From: Haliotis rubra
Lineage: Eukaryota
Direction: 5' to 3'
NCBI RefSeq assembly: GCF_003918875.1
Contig: NW_025767024.1
Span: 3,348,001-3,412,000, forward strand
Length of the DNA stretch: 64,000 nucleotides
The position numbers and the translations under genes were made by a program. Below, in pieces: positions 33,589-47,345 of the stretch (positions are counted from its first letter, which is position 1; the number at the start of each line of letters is the position of its first letter). Under the pieces are notes generated by a model. The model saw only the letters and a list, made by a program, of their open reading frames with translations. It was not told where the DNA came from and searched no databases.

Positions 33589-34162
33589 TAATAGAAAATA
33601 ACCCAATCAAATCCAAAGATGCTGAAATTTTGCTTTTGTTTTTATATAAAAATATCTGAACAAGATACCACCAGTCTCGAATTTAGATAAAGTTATGTAT
33701 TCACCGAGCAGACGTATACATACTGTTGTCTATAAAACATTCAACAACTTTAACAAACTCTCCAAATGCATCCATTACCTAAATATGCATGGACATTTGT
33801 ACATATGTTACACGAGTATTCACAAACATGTGATGCATGACAGACACCGTGCATGCTGTCTCTACTGATGACACATGTGTGAACGTCTTCTGTATAAATT
33901 CCAGGTTTCAGGCAAATACCCGGCTGGGATCTTGGCCGTGGGGGTAAGCAGAGCTGTGTGCTAGAACAGCTGTAGGGATGCTCAAACGTTTGTTTTGCTT
34001 AACACTATAGAAGCAAAGCATGTTTGTAGGCCGTACTTGGGTACTAAACAGTCGTTGTTTTCTTGTTTCTGTTTAGACAAGGTCGCATGGCCATGTAGTA
34101 CAATCGATGAGGCAATTGTTTACATAATCTGCATCAATGTAATGCTTGTTGCCAAAGAGGCA

Positions 34163-37100
34163 AGACATTATTTATGTTTTGAAGTTGGTACATAGTCATG
34201 TTATAGTTATATAGTTTAGATGTTTGCAGTGATCATGTCATGCACTCATCGCCACATGATACCTCATCCCGGAGCATCATACTCACAAACCATCCCACCA
34301 TCTTTGAAAAGTCAAAGCTCATGACATACAATGGAGTATGTGTACGACCTGCTTACATGCAATATTATACATTATGCCATTAACTACAATACTACCTGTA
34401 ATTTCAGTTCAAGCAAAAGGATATCTTTGCATTTTAAATGCAACCAAGCGCACGTTACATCTTGAATAAACTTAATATCATTGATACTCACCCATGTGTA
34501 CGTGTATCATGTAGACATTTATAAGCAAACATAATGGAAAATGTTTTTAAAGGGTTACAAGTTTTACCTGTTTAACTTACCATTTTTTTTTATAAACGAC
34601 CAAGGTGTACTCAGTACATGCATTTAATTGCAAATTTTATTCTTCACAAATTTGAGGAAACGAACATACAATATTTCCATAGGTTATTTAAAAAATACTT
34701 TTTGAACACCGTACTTAAAGTTAACTATAGAAATCTGAACTTTAACATTCTTTTGGAGAGCCCTTGAGTTTTTCGGTCCCATTTCAAGCTCATTTGGACG
34801 TAAATTCACACCACGAAGCAATCCAGACGGGCGTCGCCCGCTCCAGCCCGTCGCGTGGTCCACTACACAATCATTTCCCCAATTATCGTAATCATATATG
34901 AAAATCAAAACCTGGCCCTAATTGTGCCAACGAATGTTAAATTCAAATTCAAATTTAGGAAATGTTTAAAGTCTTACATGGCAAATCTGAGATATGAATT
35001 TGATGTTATTCGTGGTATTTCCAGATTGACCTGGGGCTAAGCATTTTAATGACGTCCCTGAACATTAGCTTATCAAAGGCAGCAGTCCATTGCAGTTCAT
35101 CTTTGTGTAACAAATGAGAGGATGTTTAACTTTCTGCTGCATCGTGATGACGGATATACCGGCTGTTGTTGTAACACCTGGTTTGAACTCTGCAACACGT
35201 GGTCTCACGGAGGTTCTAATCAATGCGCATAGAACAACCATAAATCATGTGACAAACACTGACTTTGTGTAATGCAATACACATGGAATGTTAGACTAAC
35301 AGCTAGTTTCTGAAATGAACATATTTTACAAAAAGAAATTTATTTAAATTAAAATAAAAGACAATAAAATGGAGACTTTTAAAATAAAATACAATACACA
35401 AAGAGACTTTCTTCATTTTCAGAAACTGTAACTATGGAAATCTAGACTTGCCAAATATTCTAGACTTGCATAGGATACATTGAATATAGTTGTTTCAGGG
35501 TCGGTATGACAAATGGAATGTATGACAACAGAGTTTTAGGCTACACGATGTTAAAGTGATTAAATAAGAAACACTCCTGACTTTCTATTTGTAAAATGCA
35601 TATTTAGACTCGCCATTTCAGTAAAGTTGATCCAAAGCCAAACAAAATTGTTTTCACAACACACATAAATGTCATGAGTGGTATCCCTGGCTTCATAAAC
35701 AAATAGCTTGACAAATAATTGAGCATGATCTGGAACATCACTGGGAAGTTCAGATAGACGTTCAGTACCTTCTGATGCCCTACTAACGGCTCAGATAGGA
35801 CAGGGTGTTTCAGTTATCGCATACATGTGGAAATTCGTTCAACGCCTTGGAGGGATCAAGTGTTTGAGATTCCGATGTAGGTTGCCCGTTTCATCTTTTT
35901 TGCATTACCGAGTGACATATATAAATATCTGGTTCAGATGTGTATACTGCTCATTTTAATAGCCAATAATGATGTTTATTGATTCCTCGGGCAAACATTT
36001 GCATTTGTTGGTGATTTGCATTAGAAGGATGTTCCGGCAGATAGGAAGTATGAGTGAGTATGGTTCAGCAATATTCCTGCTATATCATTGTGGGGTCAAC
36101 AGAAATGGGTTTTACATTTTACCCAGATATGAAGACATAAGGATAATATAATCTTTGAAAAAATTATATCAGAGAAGACTTCAATATGATAAGGGTCACA
36201 TCAATGATACTGAACACACGAATGATAAAGTTGAATAATACGCCCCAAGAAACAAGTAATTTCCGTAAACATTCACAATTATCATCTTTGTGACATAGGG
36301 AAAATGCTATCGTTGCATACTGAATGTTGTTTCAGAATATGTTGTTCCCTATCCCATGAAAAACTTCTTTTAAGGATGGAATCTACGAATGCAATGTTCT
36401 TTGCGACAAGTAATAGGTATGAAATGTGTGATTCACCAAAACGTCCCCCATCCTCAAGAAGTCATTCCAAGGTGCATTAAGCGTTTGTAATCATAAGATA
36501 AACCCAGAATAACACGACAGTGACGTTGTCATGACGACACTGCCTCGGTGCCAAGAGTTGGTAAGGTTGTATGACGATAACACCTTAGTTGATGGCATAC
36601 CGAACCCTGCCTATGCTACATACAGGTTTCTGCTACTGATAGAAACATGAGTGTTTCGCAAATGTCAACGAGGAACCTATTCCTAACGGAATATGGCACT
36701 CCGTTCCATTTGTAACGTACAGTTCGTCATTCCTCTGAGTAATACCGCATCCATTTGCGCAGATTTATTCAGTTTCAAGACCAAAGTTCGTAATCTGGAT
36801 CAGACATTATTTATGTTTTGAAGTTGGTACATAGTCATGTTATAGTTATATAGTTTAGATGTTTGCAGTGATCATGTCATGCACTCATCGCCACATGATA
36901 CCTCATCCCGGAGCATCATACTCACAAACCATCCCACCATCTTTGAAAAGTCAAAGCTCATGACATACAATGGAGTATGTGTACGACCTGCTTACATACA
37001 ATATTATACATTATGCCATTAACTACAATACTACCTGTAATTTCAGTTCAAGCAAAAGGATATCTTTGCATTTTAAATGCAACCAAGCGCACGTTACATC

Positions 37101-39475
37101 TTGAATAAACTTAATATCATTGATACTCACCCATGTGTACGTGTATCATGTAGACATTTATAAGCAAACATAATGGAAAATGTTTTTAAAGGGTTACAAG
37201 TTTTACCTGTTTAACTTACCATTTTTTTTTATAAACGACCAAGGTGTACTCAGTACATGCATTTAATTGCAAATTTTATTCTCCACAAATTTGAGGAAAC
37301 GAACATACAATATTTCCGTAGGTTATTTAAAAAATACTTTTTGAACACCGTACTTAAAGTTAACTATAGAAATCTGAACTTTAACATTCTTTTGGAGAGC
37401 CCTTGAGTTTTTCGGTCCGATTCAAGCTCATTTGGACGTAAATTCACACCACGAAGCAATCCAGACGGGCGTCGCCCGCTCCAGCCCGTCGCGTGGTCCA
37501 CTACACAATCATTTCCCCAATTATCGTAATCATATATGAAAATCAAAACCTGGCCCTAATTGTGCCAACGAATGTTAAATTCAAATTCAAATTTAGGAAA
37601 TGTTTAAAGTCTTACATGGCAAATCTGAGATATGAATTTGATGTTATTCGTGGTATTTCCAGATTGACCTGGGGCTAAGCATTTTAATGACGTCCCTGAA
37701 CATTAGCTTATCAAAGGCAGCAGTCCATTGCAGTTCATCTTTGTGTAACAAATGAGAGGATGTTTAACTTTCTGCTGCATCGTGATGACGGATATACCGG
37801 CTGTTGTTGTAACACCTGGTTTGAACTCTGCAACACGTGGTCTCACGGAGGTTCTAATCAATGGGCATAGAACAACCATAAATCATGGGACAAACACTGA
37901 CTTTGTGTAATGCAATACACATGGAATGTTAGACTAACAGCTAGTTTCTGAAATGAACATATTTTACAGAAAGAAAGTTTAAAGAAATTAAAAAAATAAA
38001 AACAATAATAAAAGGAGACTTTATGGAAATCTAAACTTGAAAATACAAATACAATACAAAAAATAAAAGGAGACTTTCTTCATTTCTTCATTTTCAGAAA
38101 CTGTAACTATGGAAATCTAGACTTGCCAAATATTCAAGACTTAAATATTCTAGGATATATTGAATATATTTGTTTCAGGGTCGGTATGACTAATGGAATG
38201 TATGACAACAGAGTTTTAGGCTACGCGATGTTAAATTGATTAAATAAGAAACAGTCCTGACTGTTTATTTGTAAATGCATATTTAGATCCGCCATTTTAG
38301 TAAAGCTTATCCAAAGCCAAACAAAATTGTTTTCACAACACACATAAATGTCATGAGTGGTATCCCTGGCTTCATAAACAAATAGCTTGACAAATAATTG
38401 AGCATGAACTGGAACATCACTTGAAAGTTCAGATAGACGTTCAGAAACTTCTGAAGCCCTACTAACGGCTCAGATAGGACAGGGTGTTTCAGTTATCGCA
38501 TACATGTGGAAATTCGTTCAACGCCTTGGAGGGATCAAGTGTTTAAGATTCCGATGTAGGTTGCCCGTTTCATATTTTGCATTACCGAGTGACATATATA
38601 AATGTCTGGTTCAGATGTGTATACAGCTCATTTTAATAGCCAATAATGATGTTTATTGATTCCTCGGGCAAACATTTGCATTTGTTGATGATTTGCATTA
38701 GAAGGATGTTCCGGCAGATAGGAAGTATGAGTGAGTATGGTTCAGCAATATTCCTGCTATATCATTGTGGGGTCAACAGAAATGGGTTTACATTTTACCC
38801 AGATATGAAGACATAAGGATAATATAATCTTTGAAAAAATGATATCAGAGAAGACTTCAATATGATAAGGGTCACATCAATGATACTGAACACTTGTTTA
38901 AAAGTTGAATAATACGCCTTAAGAAACAAGTAATTTCCGTAAACATTCACAATTATCATCTTTGTGACATAGGGAAAATGCTATCGTTGCATACTGAATG
39001 TTGTTTCAGAATATGTTGTTCCCTATCCCATGAAAAACTTCTTTTAAGGATGGAATCTACGAATGCAATGTTCTTTGCGACAAGTAATAGGTATGAAATG
39101 TGTGATTCACCAAAACGTCCCCCATCCTCAAGAAGTCATTCCAAGGTGCATTAAGCGTTTGTAATCATAAGATAAACCCAGAATAACACGACAGTGACGT
39201 TGTCATGACGACACTGCCTCGGTGCCAAGAGTTGGTAAGGTTGTATGACGATAACACCTTAGTTGATGGCATACCGAACCCTGCCTATGCTACATACAGG
39301 TTTCTGCTACTGATAGAAACATGAGTGTTTCGCAAATGTCAACGAGGAACCTATTCCTAACGGAATATGGCACTCCGTTCCATTTGTAACGTACAGTTCG
39401 TCATTCCTCTGAGTAATACCGCATCCATTGCGCAGATTTATTCAGTTTCAAGACCAAAGTTCGTAAACTGGATCA
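34163..39475. repeat. Tandem segmental duplication, two ~2.64-kb units (34163-36802, 36802-39475)
   Basis: Near-identical sequence at offset ~2639; identical ORFs at 34855 and 37493. Confidence 0.95.
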
Positions 39476-40957
39476 CCATATTTGATCCGATTACGATCGT
39501 CGAAGTTCTTGGATTTCACATGTGTGTAGTAAATGTCTGTGTCGTTGCTGACGACGTTTGTTAAATGATGCATGAAGGTGTGTGGTTGTCTGGACACAAC
39601 ATAGTTGGTCTCGGACAACGAATACATCAATCATCGTCACACTGGGCTTAATGGAACAGGAAGCGGGACAACGGTAGTGAATGTCATATTTGACGTTAAT
39701 ACCCATTTGACAGTCTTGACCGCTGGTCAGAAATAGCATTGTCAAAGGAACTGTGTCAAAATGAAGTCTGTATGTTTGAAACCTACAATGATGAAATAAG
39801 TTGTGATAAGTAAGAATTGATTTAGTGGTCATAAATAAACACTGGACACACACGGACAGACACACAGACAGACAGACAGCCACACACACACACACACACA
39901 CATTCACCCACACAAACACATGTTACACAGCACCACGTACACACACAATCAAATTGATAATGTACATGTTACACAGCACCACGTACAATTTCATTTAATA
40001 AAATTAGATAAATATATCCTCCCATATATCATGATGTATCATGTCATAAGGTAATGGTGATATGTAACACATTTACACGGTTTTAATGGGAAATTTGATA
40101 CCATTTTCCACCGCCTTGCAATAACAAGTCTGAGTGACTGGTATATAGCTTAACTGTAAACGTTCTTATGTGCATATGTTGTGAGGCGTATCCTAGGACG
40201 CGAATGTCTATCTCGAGATGCAGTTTGTGTCGGAGTAACCAGGTGTTGCAGTCCTGTATTACTGCATTCCTGCATCGTGAAGACGTGTATCCCCATACTA
40301 TCTAGGAATACCTAGCCTTGCTATGACTTGCCGCTGGATGGCGAATGGGGAGGAGGTGTATGTGGGGGAGAGACATAGCATGGGTTAATGAGAATAACGG
40401 TCTCGAAGACTCACAGAACCACAATCTAAACATGCACATAGAACATCACACCACAACATGCACGAGTTGTTTCACTTTTTCCACCCAAGGCATATGGCTT
40501 CAGTGAGTAAGGGTTATTTTGGTTTTATTGAAATGACAGTGCTAATTATAGGAACACATGACAACTGAACGACTTTTCGTATGGCGTCGGTTATATGAGC
40601 ATCGCCGTCTTCAAATGCCCAATTCATGTCCACAATCTTGTTAACAAAGAGGTTCTGAAACCAAGACTGGTAGCCATGGAACACGAACATTCATAGTGAT
40701 GATTGGCAACGTGAACCTGAAGTGCTGAAGTAATGATAGTCCATTATAGAGTTGGAGGGTTCATATCGCCACGGGTGTCCAATATTTAGCATTGTTTTAT
40801 GGGATCATAAACACTCAATTGCCTCTGATCAATTACTATTACTTTTATAACACATATCGGACTCTGACATGTTTTCGTTTGATGTTGTTCATAAATGAAA
40901 CTCGAACATGTAACTAATCCAAGCTTATGAATACATTAACAAATTAGACAAAAGTCC

Positions 40958-41070
40958 TATATACGACATGTCGTAATATTATCAAAAGTGAATCGTAACG
41001 TGTTTTATATACTTGTTTTATATACGACATGTCGTAATATTATCAAAAGTGAATCGTAACGTGTTATATA
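40958..41070. repeat. 60-bp tandem duplication
   Basis: TATATACGACATGTCGTAATATTATCAAAAGTGAATCGTAACGTGTT occurs twice. Confidence 0.9.
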
Positions 41071-41571
41071 TTCTTGTGTCTACTAGGCTAGAGGGTGTCT
41101 TCTTACAGTGTAAGTATTAACTACCATCAAACACAAAACAACTGTAAGTTAGTTAAGGATGGGGAGCTATAACGACATTCCTGACCCATCCCAGGAACAT
41201 CGCTGGGCGACAGATCCCAGTCAAACGTGCTGAGCAAGATACAAACAGGTTCTGATGTTGCTTCACAAGAAACTGGGGATAACCTCTGAACCGTAACATT
41301 ACAACATTTGGGTTCAGCGTACCTTCTGAAGTATAACACTCCTCACAGACAGAACACACCTGGTCTTTTAGTGATTAATTAATTAGGTTTATCAATACCT
41401 GTGTAGATTAGCAATATGTACGTCGAGGAAAGTCAAGGCCAATGTAAGGGTTTACACTTTACCTAATACTTAGATATGTTTAATACTGGTCATAAACTGT
41501 TGCGACTAAGCTGTTGAATATTGTCTTGGGTTGTAGGTAGCACGAATGTCTCTTTGAACTTCAGACACTGA

Positions 41572-41720
41572 CTGAGTTTGGTTTTACGCCGCTTTTAGCA
41601 ATATTCCAGCACCATCACGGCGGGGACACCAGAAATGGGCTTCACACATAGTACCCATGCGGGATTCGAACCCGGGTCTTCGGCGTGACGAGCCAACGCT
41701 TTAACCACTAGGCTACCCCA
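41572..41720 (-). mobile_element. SINE family A (young)
   Basis: 15-bp TSD AACTTCAGACACTGA. Confidence 0.9.
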
Positions 41721-42661
41721 AACTTCAGACACTGAACTAAGTTGAAACGTATCGTTGTACCTTATGTGTTTCTCTCCTTCAAAATATGTGTCTATGGGTG
41801 GGCAAATAATAAGAATAGCTGACCTATTGCGTTTATAAAACGTAAGACTAACCTAATTCAGCTGTACAGGTTCTGGCTGATGTTTATGAAGGATAGTTAT
41901 GCTTCCCATCAAGATAGCCACGGGCGTTTTGTAGACAGTATCGTACAATCTCCCGCCCCCGTATGTCTGACGCAACAGATTGATACGTCTGATTTCTATT
42001 ATGTGTGCTTATGTCTGGCTAGAGCTACAGATGTTTCAACCCCCTGTGAATCAGCTTCTCGTGCAATATTACGCGTCAGCATGTGCGCATTCCTGCAACA
42101 AACCTGAAGACGCTGAAGCCGTGTATCTTGAACGGTGTTTATTTTTTCTCGTATGTGCATCTTCAAACACATCCTTACATCCTCGTTTTCGCCTTTTACA
42201 GGGATGAATTAATTGCGGTCTAAGACTTACTAAGAACGTGAGTGACCTCTTGTCTTAATGTTGACCTCGTTATGTGGAAATTAAGGTAATGAGAAATTAG
42301 TTTAAGAGTTAATTATGATAACTAAGTTAATTAACTTTAATTGGAAAGGCGCCTCGCGATAAGACAGTCATGTAGATGGTTGGATACTGCATCTAACAAG
42401 AATAAATAATTTCAGGATATTTCTCTCCCGGCTGGAATCCAGTATGTTTGCCCATTCTCAGCTCCCTGGGAAATATGCAAGTACAACATGAGAAGTATGT
42501 AAGTGGGATATTACGAACACTCTCCTATATAGGGTTCCTTTTTACCATAAGACTTTTTTAACAAAAACATGAAGTGAATTGATTTATTGTCATTTCTCCC
42601 TCTTGAAGAAATCATAGTGCCAACCTACAACAAAATATGCCCTATGCCCATCTTGTCACAG

Positions 42662-42688
42662 CAGAGACCATAGATTATATGGTCTCTG
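42662..42688. mobile_element. 27-bp palindromic micro-insertion with 7-bp TSD
   Basis: CAGAGACCATA-GATTA-TATGGTCTCTG flanked by GTCACAG on both sides. Confidence 0.6.
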
Positions 42689-43161
42689 GTCACAGATTCT
42701 TGCTATACGACATATCTACTCCAAAGTGTGAAATGGGGAAATCGCGCATGCTTCGAACTAACACGAAGACGCTGTTATCACTAATGAGAAACATATATGT
42801 GTTTGCTTAGCAGCCAGAATAAGACTAAACTTGCACTTTTCACGTTTCAAATTTTGAAGCTGTCTAAAGGGACGTAACTCGGTGTCAACGGAAGAACTTG
42901 CACGAACAGGTGAAGACAAAAATCTGAACCTCACGGTATTGGGAAACAGATGCTGTCAGTTTATCATGGAGGTCATCCAGGGGAAATACTTTCTCCATCT
43001 GAGTAGCGATCTAAACTAAAAGATGAGCCCTGTCTAGATCACTGGTTTCCGCACACCATGCACCTAATTACAATTTCATGCCATTTCGCCAGAAACTACA
43101 AAAACGTATGGTTCACATTTTTTGCACATAGCCCACGACAAGCGTTCTGCATTGCTTCTCT

Positions 43162-43327
43162 TATATACTCATGGAAACGAATAAGGGAATACATGAAAGT
43201 ACAAGTGTTCCTTTATTTATTTTCAGAATTTCACCCAAAGTGCAATACAAAGCTTGTGAAGAAACCTGGAAAAAATAAAGGAGCACTGGTACTTTCATAT
43301 GTTCCCTTATTCGTTTCCATGAGTATA
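43162..43327. mobile_element. Tc1/mariner-type palindromic MITE
   Basis: ~70-bp TIRs TATACTCATGGAAACGAATAAGGGAA, TA flanks. Confidence 0.8.
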
Positions 43328-44333
43328 TTAAACTACGATGAACATGTATTGGCCAAATTGCCAAAATGAAACGTTTTTGACATTAATTGTATATTAGAAC
43401 TGGTTCTTCTGAAGCGTGCATTTTATGTCATTGACAAGTATATGCATTGTATATTTTGATAACGTTGCATTAGTCAGTCTCAAACGTAATTATATTCGGA
43501 TGCCCTTAAGCATAACAGCTCATGTATATTTCACACCTCGTTAATAATATAAGCAACCTTTGAATTGTCAGATTTGTTCCTCAGTACAGGAAATGTCAGA
43601 GTTGAGCCCCTCTTTTAGTCCAACGGAGAGTGCAGACTCGCCGCCATCTTTACCGGAAGTGCCAGTGCCCTCTGTCACATGAGGGCGCAGAGTGGTCACG
43701 TGACATTTTACTCTCTGAAAGCAGAAATATCGAGCCAACTGTTATGGTGGACTTTCGAAAATGGTTACATCTGATAGTTTCTCAGGCAATAAATATGCCA
43801 TATACATAGATAGACAGGTGTCGGTACAGTGTACTGTAATCACAACATCAGTTACTCGGCCAGCGGTTGTTTGTGCCGAGTTCCACAATGTAAGGCTTAG
43901 CCATCGACAGTAGGATTACCAGGATACGTTCTGAAAATGATCCTGTGCAGGTCACCATTCTCTCAAAGAATTTCCTGAATCTTTTACATAGACGGGACTA
44001 TTCCATCAGCGTCGGACAGAATGTGTTTTTAAGAGAAGAGAAATGCATGTAAAGTGTAAAAAGGATTGATCTGACAATGTGCCAATCTGGTTATGTCTTA
44101 ACGATGATAGATGCGGATTTAGCCTTGTTCCAAGGCTGTAGTGATAGCTAAGCCCATGAATGTATAGTAATTCTGTCTTTTAAAGAGGCAAGTCTAGATA
44201 AATGGACAATACAATCTAAGGACGCCAGGGACAACATATTAATTATATTTTTATAGTTTAGAAATTGTCATTGAATTGTATATTGTAATCTTAAATACTC
44301 GTGCAAGTTTTATGCGGATTGAGCTGGCCAATA

Positions 44334-44526
44334 TAGTCTATCTCACAGTCCCCGAACCACATTATTTTCCCTACTGCCTAGCCCTCCCTGCAATGCTAAA
44401 GCCCTAAATGAAGCAAGTCTAGATTTCCCCAGAATCTCCCAGCTCACTGGGGCTCCTTTTCAATTTAAATGGGTTTATTTGTTACTATCTAAACAATATT
44501 ATATTCAGGGACTAAGCGTTAGTCTA
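44334..44526 (+). mobile_element. Academ(H)-like MITE
   Basis: TAG...CTA ends; 9-bp TSD TGGCCAATA/TGGGCACTA. Confidence 0.75.
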
Positions 44527-45125
44527 TGGGCACTATTGTTCATATTGGTTGTAAGTGTTTCGTGTGGGTTGTCTCTGTCTCCAGATATATTGAAACGCTC
44601 TTGGCAAATGTGAAAAGGTTGGAGATGAGGGCCATGAGGCATTTGGTCCCAGAACCAGTTAGTAAGCGTGTGTCAACATGGTTACCAATACAAGCTGAGA
44701 ACATACTCAAGCGTGAAACCCGAGACCCTACTGATAATTATGTTTTCTTTGTACTGCTAATCGCTTTCCCCTTCCCCATTGTGACGTCAAGCACCAAACG
44801 TGCCTTTCGAGTCTTCAGCTGCATTTCCGTAATGACTTCCATGACGTTTTCTCACATTCGTAACCTTCACATTAGGGTCAGAGTCGGGGTCAACATAAGT
44901 GAATGGCAAGGTCACAAAACACTGAATGTCGACAACGAAAGCCATGTTAAAAGTGTTTTGATCGTTAAGATATGTGTATCCACTCTTGTGTTGACTCTGA
45001 TTTCGTTGACATTTGAATTCTCGACTTGAGAGATTTGTTTGCGGACCAGACACTATGATTCAGTGAGTCACGTCAGATAACACGGGCTCATCCCTAATCG
45101 GCACAGGTGTCAGCGCTCCTGATAT

Positions 45126-45320
45126 GCCGTGAAGATCCGGGTTGGAATTGGTCTTCACCAACCCATGCTTCTTGTAAGATGGGACTAACGATACCGGCTA
45201 ACTGATTTGCTTGATGCATCGTTGTACCCCAACTGCATAAACAGATGTTCAGGATGTCAATCACTTACTTGTCTGGCCCGAAGTCAATGTACAGACCGAC
45301 GTCATATGGCTAGAATATTG
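45126..45320 (+). mobile_element. SINE-like family C (diverged)
   Basis: CCGTGAAGATCCGGGTTGGAATTGGTCTTCACCAACCCATGC start. Confidence 0.75.
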
Positions 45321-47345
45321 ACAATATGGGTTCTGTGAATATTGCACGACACGTTATTGGTTGGTTATTAGGTTTGTAAGTACTGGAAGTAAACATAATA
45401 ATATCCACATCTGCAAACCTTTACAAGGCTGAAATATGGGTCTACATGACCCTGTCTATCAAAGCTATTTTGCTCCATCTACCAGTTTTAAAATTCAAAT
45501 TTGTTCTTCAACTCAAAGGACCAGGTTGTATTCCCGTGTCTGCATCATATGTGAAGCCTATTTCAGCTCTTATCGCCCTGACATTGCTAATAGCGACAAC
45601 AAACATTGCGTTCTTACTTAAATCCAGATAATGGTATTATAAGATCTACCTGAGTGTTGTTCTTTGAATATATTCATTATTCCTGAAACATAATATGGGA
45701 CTGTGGATTACCATGAAGCCCTGGGTGAAGGAGTATCGCCATGCACTGTAAAGGTGAACGAGAAGGTTGAAGCTGCACCACAGCACAATCACAGTGGGCA
45801 CAAAGATGAGATCTAATACCCTCACAAAGTGCGGCCAACACAAGATGGCTTTCACCTGCTTCTGCAAACTCTTTAGAGTTGCTCACGTTCCATGACCAAT
45901 TTATTTGATAAGATTTACGTAGCAGAATATGTGTGGCTTACTGTCTGTCGTATAAGACAATAAATCAATTCCAATACTACAATAAGCAGTGTGATGAAGG
46001 ATTACAATCACCTGGAATTAGCTTAGATCCCTTGTTCTTGAAAGACCCTTTGCACGTGTTGGTTTCTGTTAAAGGGTTAAGCATTCCAGGACCTATCGTC
46101 AATCACTTGGTTTGACAAGGTCGTTATCGAGCAATGTATCTTGTAATGCCCTTTCTTGAGATAAGAGGACTGGCTGTCAGTGACTTGGCCTGGTTACACA
46201 TGTGTATTGAACGTGAAAGCAAAGCGGGTGTTGGGGTGTGAGGTAGAGGAGGTAAAAAATGCGTGGGTTCATTCAAAATAATTAGGTCATGGATGCCTCT
46301 AAGTCAAACAGCGGGAGCGCTGACCCACATTATAACAGGTGCAAACCGGGCGTGTTCCTGTCCTTCCCATCATATACGGAGTATACCGTTACGTTTTGCA
46401 TTGCAAAGTCTGTTTGTTTTCCTGAACAAGATATACCACTTTTGACAGCATTATTGAATATTTGTCAGACAGGTCAATTACTTGGGATGTTTTGCATTGC
46501 ATTTGAGAGTGGAGTGGGGCTGAGAGTCTCCTAAATAACTGTTGAAGAGTAGACACTCGATTGTCAATAAATTACCTACCTTAGTATGAAACACTCTTAT
46601 TCCGCAAACTTCATTGAGATTAGTTTGGTAAATACAGTATGCCACTTATTACATGCACTTGGATACATGCCTAAGGACTGAATACAAACTCGTATACATG
46701 TAATTTGAAAGTTGAATATTTGGAGTTTGAATATCTGATTAAAGAAACTAAACTTCAATTGTTAGGTAGCGACACATCTTCAGAGTTGTTCAGAACAGTC
46801 AATATTGAAATCTGTGGCAAATGTGTTGACAAACAGTTTTAATATTTTAAATAGACTGAACACATGCGTTATTTTTACTAAATTTCTGGTATATTTACTA
46901 TATTTTCGAAGCGAAAAAGATTAATTATGAGCTAATACCGTTAAGGTGTACGACAGTGCTACGGTGCGCCTCTGCCATATAGTCAATGTACCGGTTTGTG
47001 GATTTTAACCAGTAAAACAGGACATGGACAAGATGAAACCTTCATGGACAAGAATAATGTCCTTTGATGTTGTTCTTGAGGTTCCAGACGTCCCTGCTGC
47101 CGTACAGGTGTCTTGACATTGACTGATGTAACCTTGCAATATTACAGACCAGTAGATGTAGTGATGAGGAACCTTCAAAGAGAAGGCTGGGATCTCACTT
47201 TGGGTGTGGAACAGCAGTTTCAGATGAACCGTCGTTGAGTTTCCAGGACGTTGTTGTGAAGATACTCAAACAATAGTACACCATGTCCATCGACATCGTT
47301 GTTCTCTGATTGTTTTCAGGATAACTTTGTATTAGATGTGTCAAA

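Noticed and set aside
44526-45029. 167-aa ORF
   Set aside because: No recognisable motif or splice context; starts at a MITE edge and overlaps degenerate repeat
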